From the NCBI GenBank assembly GCA_013239625.1, contig MU053881.1, forward strand, positions 744,001 to 808,000: a stretch of 64,000 nt of DNA. The letters run 5' to 3'. A program made the translations under genes and the position numbers. The notes beneath the pieces are model-generated. The model did no database searches, was not told the origin of the DNA, and saw nothing but the letters and a program-made list of their open reading frames with translations. The stretch is from Lama guanicoe. Taxonomy: Eukaryota. Below, one piece after another: positions 1 through 13,200 of this stretch (position 1 is its first letter; each line of letters opens with the position of its first letter).

Positions 1-960
1 GAGAGAAAATGTTTGCAAATCATGTATCTGATAGGGGATTAATATCCAGAATGTAAAAAGAACACTTATAACTCATCAACAAAAAACCAAACAACTCAAT
101 TCAAAAGTAGACATAGGACATAGACAGACATTTCTCCAAAGAAGATACACAAATGGCCAATAAGCACATGAAAAAACGCCCAGTGTTACTAATCATGAGG
201 GAAATGCAAATTGAAACCTCAGTGAGATACCACTTCACACTCTTTAGGACTGCTGCTGTCAAAAAACAAAAACAAAAACAAAAACAGACAATAACAAGTG
301 TTGGTGAGGATACGGAGAGACGGGAAACCTTGTGAATTGCTGGGAGGAATGCAAAATAACTGTTAAAGTATAGATCTAGGAGTGGAATTGTTGAATCATA
401 TGGTAATTCTATGTTCAACTTTTTGAAGAACTGTTTTCCATAGAGACTGAAAGCAGAAAATCAGATACTTTGCACACGAAATTTCAAAGCAGCATTATTT
501 ACAATAGCTAAAAGGTGGGACCAACCCAAATGTGTATTAGGGGATTAACGGATTAACACAACATACTATATACATACAACAGAATGTTATTCAGCTGTAA
601 AAGGAAGGAAACTCTGACACACGCTATAACATGGATAGACCTTGGAAACACTGTTAAGTGAAATAAACCACACACAAAAGGAAAATATTGTACGATTCCA
701 CTTACATCGGGTACTAGAAGAGGCAAATTCCTAGAGACAGACAGCAGAATAGACGTTACCAGGATCTGGGGGAGCCGGACTGGGGAGTGAGCGTTTAAAT
801 GGTTTCAGTTGGAGGAGATGAAAAAGTTCTAGAGACAGAGAGGGGTCATATTTACATAACATGGTAAATGTCCTTAATACAACTTAATTGTACACTTAAA
901 ATTTTTAAAATGGTAACTTTCATGTTATGTATGTTTTACCACAATAAAACATTTAAAAAC
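1..960 (+). mobile_element. Old LINE-1 3' end (ORF2 C-terminus remnant plus 3'UTR) with a short inverted patch at ~360-440
   Basis: ORF 153-335 [27 protein letters not shown] resembles the L1 ORF2 tail; ends with aataaaa and an A-rich tail. Confidence 0.85.
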
Positions 961-1583
961 GTGAGTAATGACATTTAGCCACCAGTATATTTTCAACACA
1001 TGGCTGAAGGATTCATCCACAGCAAGCCACCCGGCTGAAGTCTTGGGGAACCAATGAAGGTTCAAAACCCACGGTTGTCAGGCTCTGCCTAGAGGAGATG
1101 TGCCGAACGGACCCAAGAGGGCGTGTTAGGAGCCGCTCTCCAGGTCGCGCGCGCTCAGCGGCAGAGCCCGCTCCAGCTGCAGCGCGAGCCCCTCCCCTCG
1201 GCCCGGCGCTCCGCCCCTGGCGCTGGGCGGGCTGTCGCGACGCCTTTGTTTCTCCATCACACAAAAAAAGAACGTACCTCTACTCACACTGGGCAGTTTA
1301 AGTGGTTTCAGAGCCCTCATAAGGCATCGGAGGGCTCTTATTTAACACAGCCATGATGCTGCAGCTGGCAGGGCCCAGCCAAAATGCACCGGCCTGGGCT
1401 CTGTTCCCAAGCTCTAACCTTAGCCACCGTTGCTGTCTTTCTGGTCTCCAGCTTCAAAGTGGGGTCCCCGGTCCCTAGCACGTTCCGGAGGCAGCTGATC
1501 CACGGTGCTAGGCTGGCGGATGGGAGGATGGGAGGATGCGAAGAGTCCTAACGATCTCAATCCTTACAATTCAGAAAATTGTA

Positions 1584-1670
1584 ATTTTCAGTTGTTTTAA
1601 TGCTGAATATATTATTTGTATCTACTTGTATCTACTTGTATCTATATTCAGCATTAAAACAACTGAAAAT
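1584..1670. repeat. Perfect 28-bp inverted repeat with 31-nt spacer
   Basis: attttcagttgttttaatgctgaatata (1584-1611) is the exact reverse complement of 1643-1670. Confidence 0.95.
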
Positions 1671-2611
1671 ACAGAGAAATGAAAAAGAATTCACCCATGT
1701 TCCTATCACCTAAAGTCCCTGTAAACATCCTGGATTATATCTTTTCCATATATATATATAATTTTTTTCTGTGCATGTGCATAATTATATATATTCTAGG
1801 AAATGGATTTATACTGTTATTGATCTATAAGTAGCCCCCCCAAAGAATACTGTATATTTTTAAGACTCAATATATATTATCAGTAGTCCTCCAGAAAGAG
1901 TGTACTGATTCACGTTCCAGCTTGCACAGCAACTTCTCGCATTCTTTCCAGCTCTATTATGGCTCTTTTTAAGGGTCATCACTTTGAAAAGTAGTAGCAA
2001 AAGGCATTGCTTGTTACATTATTTAATTTGTATTTCTTTGGCCACAGTGTTTTAATGTACCATTAAGATAGTTTTACATGGTTTATATGCCACTTGATAA
2101 TTTTATATTCTGCTTTTTTCCCCCTGAATACTATTATATCATAGATAGATCTTCGCAATATTAAAAAAACTGTAAAAACATAATTTTAATCATTGTAATG
2201 TGTGATCACAAAAAATTAGAGAAAAAAGTAGAATATACAATTTCCATCAAGTCAATGATGTCATTAATTTTAAGACACACCATGTTTTATTCACCACTAA
2301 GAAAAAAATGTTGTCAATGAAACTAGGATATGCCACTGTTTTTTAAGGCATATCCCTCTTTTAGAGAGGTTAAACTGAAAAAAATGTCCTTTAGAATTGA
2401 TGAAAAAGATAGGTAATGAATAAATGTGTGCTTCATCTCTGTATGGGGAAGGGCTTTCTAAACATAAAGATAAACTCAAAAGTATAAACGGCTTTGGCTT
2501 CATCAAAATGAAACACTTCTGTATGTCTAAACATTAAAAATAATAACAAGAGGTAATCAAACAGAAAAATGTTTGGAGGATTTATGGCCAAGGGTTAGTA
2601 CTCTTAAAAAA

Positions 2612-2724
2612 GGGGTGGGTATAGCTCGGTGGTAGAGTGCAGGTTTAGCGTGCACGAGGTCCTGGGTTCAATCTCCAGTACTTCCTCTAAAAATAAGTAA
2701 ATACATAAACCTAGTTACCTCCCC
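2612..2724 (+). mobile_element. tRNA-derived SINE (camelid Vic-1-like)
   Basis: tagctcggtggtagag (A box), ggttcaatctcc (B box), tail aaacctagttacctcccc; many dispersed copies in window. Confidence 0.85.
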
Positions 2725-4837
2725 TGGCAAGCCCCAGATCACCGGAGAAAGGAACTGACAATTGGCTATAAATGTACATAACTTATTCTACATTACTAGT
2801 AATCAAATATGCAAATTAGAGGCATGTTTTTTTCCAGCATTAAGTTAGCAAAGATTAGTGGAAAGGAAAATTTCAATTCCAGCAAAACTAAGGCATATGG
2901 AATCCTCATCTGCCACCGTGAGGGCTGTCAAGCGCTATATAACCTTTTATTATGAGCCCGAAAAAATTCAGATCCTTTTAATAAATTTACTTCTAGAAAT
3001 TATCCTGAGGAAATGATCTATGATGATTACACATTACACTTACTTATTATGGAAGAAAATTCCAGAAAACCGTAGGAAAAATAAATATCCTAGACGTGTA
3101 GCCATGTTGTTAAAGGCAAAAACATCATTTTTTTTTACACACTACCGAGGGGTCAGGGTTTTTCCTTCATCTAATCAGAAACCAGTGTTCTTGGGTCATC
3201 TAAATAAGACCAGGGAGCTCAAATGCATAACCTATTAAGAAACCTTTAAGATAGCTTTGTGATGTCCTGGGGAAAGAGCACCGAAAATCAAAAAGCTTTC
3301 TTTTCTCCTTGCTTTTGAGTCACCCAGAGATAGATTCTAGATCTGGAAGATTTGGGAATCCCACATCTTGGAGACTCCAGCCAAAATGCCCTCTATTTCT
3401 TGCAGTTCCTTTTGCAATTGAGGGCAGGCCGCGTCATTCACTCTGCTTGTTCCATCTATGTCCCCCTCAGTGAATCCAGCAAGAGTTCTCCTTTTCAAAC
3501 AGCTCCTATTGCGCTCTGCTGAAGCCCTGCCAATGCCTTCTCTTGTGCTTGAAGCTAATACCTTGGCCAAGGCTTAAATAGCTTTTCAGAATCGGGCCTT
3601 GCCACCTCAGGGACCTTGTCTTGGATCGTCCTCTCCCTTTATTGCATTGATGTCTTTTCCAGTTTTCTCAAACTTGTCAAAGCTGGATTTGGCCTCCAGA
3701 CCGTTATAGGGGCGAAAACATGCTTTGCCTGCATCTTCCCGCGGTGGCACTGAGAGGCCTTCCCTAACTGTGCTACCCCTGTGTTAACGCATGGGTCTAC
3801 CGGGCCGGAGATGCGGTGGACAGCCGAGATCTGACAAGGGGAGGACTGGGAGGCTCTGGGCATGGTTCCAGTTTTGGCAGTAATGCTGGAAGTCACGAAC
3901 ATCACTAGTGTCGCGCCGTATGCGCACAAGGGGTGACCCTGGAGTCTCGCCAAGCTGAGCGCCTCCACCCGGGAAATGGACGTAACGGTCCCTACTGGGC
4001 CTTGGGAGAATTAAGCAGGAATCCGCTCCCGACAGCGGAGCCCGGTACGCACCGGGGGCTTCCCCCAGCGCTCACGAGGCGCGGCACCCGGCGCCCCCCT
4101 CTCGTGCGAGCGCCCCGCGGCTTTCAGGCCCACCGCGCTTGGGGCAGGGTAGCGGGGGTCGCAGGGTGCGAGTTCGCTAGGGCAACAGCGCGATACGGGA
4201 CGGAGGTCCCGGCTCGGGAAGCCCGCGTGGGCCCGGGCCCCTGGCCCAGCCGCGGCAGGTAAGGGGCAGTGGCGGCAAGAAGGCCTCGGACGTGTTCTCA
4301 GCGCCGAAGGGCTGGCTTCGGTAGCGGGAAGTACGCAGACCTGCAGCCCCCAGTTGGTGACGGGCTGGCTCTGGGAGAAAAGGAGCGTAGGCGGCGCGAG
4401 GGCGGGGAGCGCCGGTACCTTCAGGTCGGCCAGGGGCGAGAAGAATAGGCCAGGGACCCCTCACCACAACCCAGAACCCCATACTATCTATCCCCCGGGA
4501 CCTACGGGGACCTACCGCCATTCCCCTCCCCCTTCTTGGCGGGTAAAGAGAGAACGGTTTGTAGGAAGACGCATGCGCGTGAAACTAAAACGGCTGAAGC
4601 TCGGATAATCGCGGGAAGGCGCAGGCGCAGAAAAGCCTGGCGGCTTTAAGGAGGTGGGAGGGGCTGAGCCCAAAACGCTGGTGTATAATAACTTGAGGGC
4701 GGGAGGCAGGCCGGCTCCTGAAATTACGCATGCGCCCGAGCTCTGTGTGACGCAAGGGGGCGGTGCGGGCACCTGACTGCGCGTGCGCAGATGTTGCACA
4801 AAGGGCCTTATTTAGGTTGCGCAGGCGCCCGCTAGCC

Positions 4838-4872
4838 ATTTCTTCTCAGCCACGCCGAAGTCTTGTGTGCAG
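4838..4872 (+). other. HNRNPH1: HNRNPH1 non-coding first exon; splices to acceptor ttgcag| with next exon starting 5347
   Basis: Resembles the human 5'UTR as I recall it (tagccacgcagaagtc...); donor cag|gttagt. Confidence 0.7.
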
Positions 4873-5263
4873 GTTAGTGTTTGTTCCTCGGTGTGTACGG
4901 CCCAGCGGCCCCCGAGGGTACCGTTTTCGTGAGGATTGCCTGCCCGCGGACCTCTGTAGAGCTCGGGGGCCCTTAGCAGGGTGCGGGCTGCCGTCAGGAG
5001 CCAAGAGTCGTTCGCCGCGTCGGGCGGGGCCGCCGAGGCCTGCAGGCCGCGCCGACTCCATTGTGTGAGATGTCGGAGGAGGCGGAGCGGAAGCGGCCGC
5101 CGCCATTTCCTGGCCTCCACGCTGGCGCGAGGCCGGACCCCTTCGGCTCGGGGCGCCAGTGCCCGGTGCGCACAGCGGCTGCGGGGGCCCGGCCGCTGGC
5201 CGAGGGGGTGTCTGGGGTTGGAGTCGCCGCAGTGGGGGCGTCCGCACGGGCTCGACTCTCTGA

Positions 5264-5743
<480 letters not shown>

Positions 5744-6517
5744 TGAAAGTATAAATCCTTCCCAATTTGGTGTTTCCTTGAAAAGAGGTATTCTTTTTCT
5801 GCTTTGGAAAGTTAAAATGTCGCTTCTTAATTTCAGACAATTTTCCTAATCAAGATTTGGTAATGGAAGAGTTCTTACACATCTAGCTCTTGATCTGGCT
5901 CATTTTACAGTTGAGGACACTGAAGCCCAGGAAAGTTTTTTTGCTAATGTAGCTTTCTTCAGTATGTAGGTTTCCTGAATAATTTATCCCAAATGTCCTT
6001 GTTCTCATTATTAGTGTACGTTTAGACTGAAAGATATTTGGAAGAAATTTTTAGGTTTTGGAAGGTTATTTGTAGTATTGACTTGCTATCTGAATTTAGT
6101 GGGTGTAACGGAAAACGACCTGTAAAACAAGAACCAAGTACACTGGAAGCCACCTTGCAGTGGGCAAGACTGGGTTTGGCTTCAGCTGTGCAACTTGGAG
6201 CGTTTTAGCTTGGTAACATTGATCCCCTTTCAGGTGAGTATTGGCCTTGCAATTCGGATTCAAGCAAGAAATTGTAATGTTGCCAGTAGAGTAAAACCAT
6301 CAAATACCCCAAGGCAGAATGCCAGGCTAAGTTTGTTCAGAAGATGGCCATAAAATCACGAGGTCCAGAAGTAAGTTTGCTGAGGAGTTACAAAGGTTGC
6401 TTAATGGAGACACTTGTATAGTGAGGACTTGGGGATAACTTCATTAAGAAACTGCTTTGAGTATTGGATTTTCTTCATTGGAAGTGTCATGTAGGGAATA
6501 CAGAAGTTTGCTCGTGA

Positions 6518-6859
<342 letters not shown>

Positions 6860-7009
6860 TAGAGATCTACCTTACCCCTTCTGAATTTTAGGTATTTGAC
6901 CGCATGGAAATGGTCATCTAAGAGAGTTTTTGCAGCTCTTCCTAGATTATCTAAAGACCCAGGAAGTCTGAACTTTGTTATCTAATTTTCCAAAGTTGAC
7001 TAATTCTAA

Positions 7010-7171
<162 letters not shown>

Positions 7172-8668
7172 TAGTCGTGTTTGTTGTTGAGCAGTGAGTT
7201 CTGGCTAGCTTCTGGCAACATGATTTAATAGACCTTAAAAAGTTGAGTAGCTTAGATATTTAAATAGGCTGAGTATATGCAGATGAATTAATGTTTTCTT
7301 CTTCCTGGAGACCTTCAAATAATTTAAGCCCATCTTAAAGGTGGAAATTAAGTACTTCCAAAATGCTAACTTTGCCTATATTTAGTATTGTAGTTCAGAG
7401 TAGATCTTTGAGGATTGTCCTCAACAGCTTAACTACTTTCCTCACAATGCTGTTCAACAAAGTACTTCAAGTTAAAGGTAAGCTCCCTTAACATTAGATT
7501 AGTATGAGTTAGGTTGTAATTTATGGCAAGTGTCTGTGTTGTAAGACACTGGGTCTTGGGACCAGAAATGTGTCTAACGCTCTCTTTATGCAAGAAAAGT
7601 GTTACAGAAACAATTGGTTTAGCTAGCGAATTATAAACTTACTGAACATCAATCTAAGTGTAGGTTGAACATAGTCTCAGTATCTGAAGTACAGGAAGTG
7701 TTTTGAAATTGTTTTGGGCCTAAAGTATTTGAATGTTTTTATGCTGAAGAGCTGATAAAATTGCATGTTTAGCAGAATGTTAGAGCATATATTTTAAATA
7801 CTATTGCTTAATATTCATGATGTGATAAACTGGAATTAAGAACAAATCCTTTCATGGTTTAGTGTAGTATGTATGAAAATTTTGACTTAGATATGTATCA
7901 AGTCCTAATATTTTGCCAGAATTTTTGAAATCAAGTCTGTTTTGATTGTTTTTGTCTAAATTGGTGAGAACTGAATGCTATTTGTCAACGTTAAATATGA
8001 ACATAATTTCATATCTTCTAGGAAAGTGCTTTAAACCCTTTTTGTAAGCTTGGGAATGTATCCACGGAAAGGATTTTTCATAGACGGAATTTCCAGAAGT
8101 GAATCATACTACTGTTAGAGCATAAGAGTGCATGATTGTGTTGTGTAGATCAGTTGTTTGTTGAAAGTTTAGATTGTATGTTTGTCAATTATATGACTAA
8201 GCAATGTTTCATTATGTATGTAAAATGTTTAAATGTGTACTTTTTTTAAAACTTGAAGTTCCACTAACTTAAAACATTGAAATATGAAATGAGGTAAAAG
8301 GTGTGTCTTGAATTTAGTAAAACTGTTGTGTTTAATGCTTGAAACTTTTAAAAATTTTTGTGTAATTCTCAACATTAAGTTGCATAGATAAATATGTGTT
8401 CTAATAATTGTTGAATTCTTAATACATCCTGTGTTCAGCAAGTTTTTTCTTACATATCATGCCATGGGCTGTGTTAAGAATTGAGTTATAGTTTGTAATA
8501 ATGGAACTTCATATTATCTGCAATGCATATTTAAAGAGTACTTGTTGAAAGCATACCGTTCACCTAAAGTTAAAATTCTGGTTTATTTAAAGCTATAAGA
8601 AGAATCATTTCTGGGCTTGTGATGTTAATATTGCCCCCCTACTGGGGTTATTTGTCCTTGGGTTGAAG

Positions 8669-8807
8669 GGTTGGAAATCGTGCCAAATGGGATAACATTG
8701 CCGGTGGACTTCCAGGGGAGGAGTACGGGGGAGGCCTTCGTGCAGTTTGCTTCACAGGAAATAGCTGAAAAGGCTCTAAAGAAACACAAGGAAAGAATAG
8801 GGCACAG
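8669..8807 (+). CDS. HNRNPH1: hnRNP H1 coding exon 4 (139 nt, qRRM2; autoregulated cassette)
   Basis: (G)[45 protein letters not shown](R); gaag| ... |gtgggg. Confidence 0.97.
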
Positions 8808-9704
8808 GTGGGGATGGATGGTTGGTTGGATTTGTCACTTTTCTTATGGTAAACAATTAAATCCATATTCTCTCTGCTTAGAATCTAGGAAGAAAATCTG
8901 ATTCCTAGCCCCAATTGATTGATGTTTTGCCCCAGTTTTAAAACTTTTTCTATGTCAAAGTCTCATAATGCTTTCAGGTTAAATTTTAGGTTTTGAAATT
9001 GTCCCCAGTTAATTTGGTCTATTTTCCAATTTTGTAAGTCCTAATTAACCCCAGTCAATGGAGTTGAGAGACTATGGCTTTAAAAATGTTAATGCAAACC
9101 TGGCTTTAGCTGTAATAACACCCACCTAGTAAATTAATATTACCATAAGAAAATGTGATATTTTCTGATCTTGTTTTTAAAGTTGAAATGCAACAAACTT
9201 TTCTTGCTGTATAAATATTCTGCATATGTATTAATAAGCATAGCTTTCAAGAAATTGTCACAAAAGGTTTTATTCTCTTTGCTTGTGACTATTTTTCATT
9301 GAAGCATGCGCTTACCTATGCTGATTCCTACTAAAAGCATAGGCTGGGGTATTTATTGGCGAAAAGAAATGTGTAGTGTGGGCTAGACTGTTGGTGGAGG
9401 CTGGCTTTTTAGCCCACTTGCTATACATGCTGCCAATGGATTTAAGACATGAAATGTTGAAAGTTGAGTGGAAATCTTTCCCTCCTAAAACATTTATTTA
9501 CAGTACTCCTCTCTACCCCTAAGGTTGGGCTTTGCCTCAGAGGAGTGAGTTTTTTCTATTAAGTTTACATTAAATAATCTTAAAATTGAGTGAATTTCTG
9601 GTCATTGCCTATGCAAATATAAGAAATCTGGCTTTAAATATTAGTCAGTTTCATGGCTATGACTACATTGTTTTCTTGTGTAACTAAATACCTGTATGAA
9701 GTGA

Positions 9705-9941
<237 letters not shown>

Positions 9942-9978
9942 TGAGAATATGCAGGCGTCACGGGTCTGTCTGTGCTAA

Positions 9979-10289
<311 letters not shown>

Positions 10290-10424
10290 TAAGTCCACGA
10301 GTTGTCTATTTCAGTAAAGCACTAAAAACATGGTTCTTAAGCTATTTAAGTGAAACAGCATGCTAAAATTTTATGGTTTTTGTATCAATATTTGACTTGA
10401 TTCTCTGAAATACCTTACATTTAG

Positions 10425-10560
10425 TTTTTTTCACCACTCAACCCTGTGAGAGTACATATTGAAATTGGTCCCGATGGCAGAGTAACTGGGGAAGCAGATG
10501 TCGAGTTTGCAACTCACGAAGATGCTGTGGCAGCTATGTCGAAAGACAAAGCAAATATGC
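10425..10560 (+). CDS. HNRNPH1: hnRNP H1 coding exon 8 (136 nt, qRRM3)
   Basis: [45 protein letters not shown]. Confidence 0.97.
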
Positions 10561-10848
10561 GTAAGTGTGATTTAAGGATCTTCTCTCTACAGGTAGTTGT
10601 GTGACAGATGATTAGGATAAGGAGGATAGTAGATAGTAAGGAGGGGTGTAATATTTGTTCTCCAGTGATAAGGTTAATTCTGTGGGATGTTTAAAAATGT
10701 GGGGGTTTTAAGTTAGTTTGATTGAAAGGGCTTTGTGATACGAACACTGACTTTTAAAGTATATCTTTAAATGACAAACTTAAAGCAATTTAGATGAACA
10801 TTTAAAAGGGTTTTTGAAACCTACATAAACTACCTGAAAAGCAGCTAG

Positions 10849-11212
<364 letters not shown>

Positions 11213-11863
11213 TAGTTTTTTTAAAAACCAAAACATTTATATCTGTATAAGTCAATAATGTAAGTTAAGTTAATTTATATTTAATGAGTTTAGCATAATT
11301 TAGGCAAAGAAAAGTTTTGATTTGAATTGTGTGTCTGCCTTAAGTCCTTGTGAGTTGCATAAAATGCTTAGATAAGTAATTAGTTGGAAGTACTTTTGGG
11401 GGAGGGGACTACCAGAAAGAAAGTAGTTGAATTGTCTTAAATATGAAGTGTAAATCTAAAAGTAATAATTACCAAAAAAAACACAGGGTCAGAATAACTT
11501 TAAAATTTGGGCATAAGTTAGTTGGGCATAATTAGATGTTCAGTGATACTTGTACTTATCCTTAATATGTCAAATTATGGGGTGAAAACCCCACTAAAAC
11601 CACTTAAGCAGTTTCATAAGGTCTCAAAATGCCTCTACTTATGGAACCATGTGGATTCAGTCCTGCTGATGTGTATACTGTTGGCCTTGTGGATTATGAA
11701 TGACTAGTTCAAATGATGGTTAGAAATTTAGTCTGATCATAGTCAGTATGTAGAAGGAAGCAGAGGGTTATAGTAATGTAAGATCAAGACTGGAAAATAG
11801 TAGACGTAGAGTTACAAGCCCGGTACCACCAGGTACCACATTACATAAGGAACAGGGTTCTAA

Positions 11864-12028
<165 letters not shown>

Positions 12029-12434
12029 TAGTTGGGGGAATACGTAGGCTTCTTTTTGGTGAAATTGGGTTATTAAATGTATACTTTTGATCCTAATGTA
12101 ACTGATCTAATTAATTGGGGGGGGAAGTGTTCATTAATTAAAAATAGTCATTCAGTCATTGTTGCAACTTGGAATAATGTCGAGCCAGAAAACATCTGCC
12201 TCCATTTGTTAAAACATTAAATAAAATAGTTCACTTTTTCTGTCTTTTTGTTTGCATTAAATCCATTTTAGATGGAGGGAGAATTTTAAATGGTAGAATG
12301 GTGGTTGGGCTCAGGACCGTATTTACTAGTCAGTTAACTAGTCAGATTGGTTTTATTTATTAATTTTTTTTTCAATTGGTCTAAAGAATGGTGATTTTGG
12401 TATTATAGTCTTACCCTACAAAATCCTTTTGCAG

Positions 12435-12484
12435 ACCAAGTTTTACAGGAAAACTCCAGTGATTTTCAATCAAACATTGCATAG
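12435..12484 (+). CDS. HNRNPH1: hnRNP H1 coding exon 12 (50 nt, ends in TAG; 449-aa isoform)
   Basis: DQVLQENSSDFQSNIA*; exon lengths sum to 1350 nt; TAG|gtaaat. Confidence 0.95.
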
Positions 12485-13081
12485 GTAAATATTTTCTCAA
12501 AAAATATAATTTAAATTCCCAATAGCAAATACTGATATGTTGTAATAACACTATTTCTATAGCAGTCAATGGCTCTGACTTAACTCCATGGAGGCTGCCA
12601 TTTTGGGCACAGTGAGTTGCCTTTAGTCCAGCTCTGTTGTCTCACTTCCTGCCCACCATGAATAGGAAAAGCAAGAGACTGCCCCTGTGCTCCCTATTCA
12701 TACATGCCATTCAATGGACACATTGTGAATGTTTATGGTAAAATTTTTTTAAAATGCCTTGTTTAGCTTTAAAAACAACATGAAGTAATTCTGCAATTTT
12801 TGAAAAACACTAGTTTTCCTTTAAACTTAAATTTTCCACGTTGATCCTGAAGCATCCACTTAAAACGGTAGCACGCGAGTCTGGCAAGTTGGTGCTGCAG
12901 AGAAAAGGGGTTACTTGAGACTTGTTTGGAGTCGGGAGTCCCTTTTCCCAAACATGCTTCTCGCCACTTGGACAGCAGCCATTTGTACTCGTATACTTTT
13001 TAAACTTTTCTTGGAATGCTGTATTTTAGTTGACTGCTGACCTGATGCTTCTCCTGACTTGTCAACTTGATCTCTTTGCAG

Positions 13082-13200
13082 GCAGCCAAGGCGCAGTGAA
13101 CAGCAGCTACTACAGTAGTGGAAGCCGAGCGTCTGTGGGAGTGAACGGAATGGGAGGGCTGTCTGGCATGTCCAGTATGAGTGGTGGATGGGGAATGTAA
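13082..13200 (+). CDS. HNRNPH1: Alternative C-terminus in the terminal exon (472-aa isoform when the 50-nt exon is skipped); otherwise 3'UTR
   Basis: GSQGAVNSSYYSSGSRASVGVNGMGGLSGMSSMSGGWGM* in frame with exon 11; acceptor tttgcag|. Confidence 0.85.

Noticed and set aside
2612..2690. tRNA-Ala gene
   Set aside because: A and B boxes are present, but about 13 diverged dispersed copies share a non-tRNA tail: a SINE, not a tRNA.
9300..9450. H/ACA snoRNA call
   Set aside because: No clear ANANNA hinge between the hairpins, and the ACA is not positioned convincingly; kept only as an unassigned structure.
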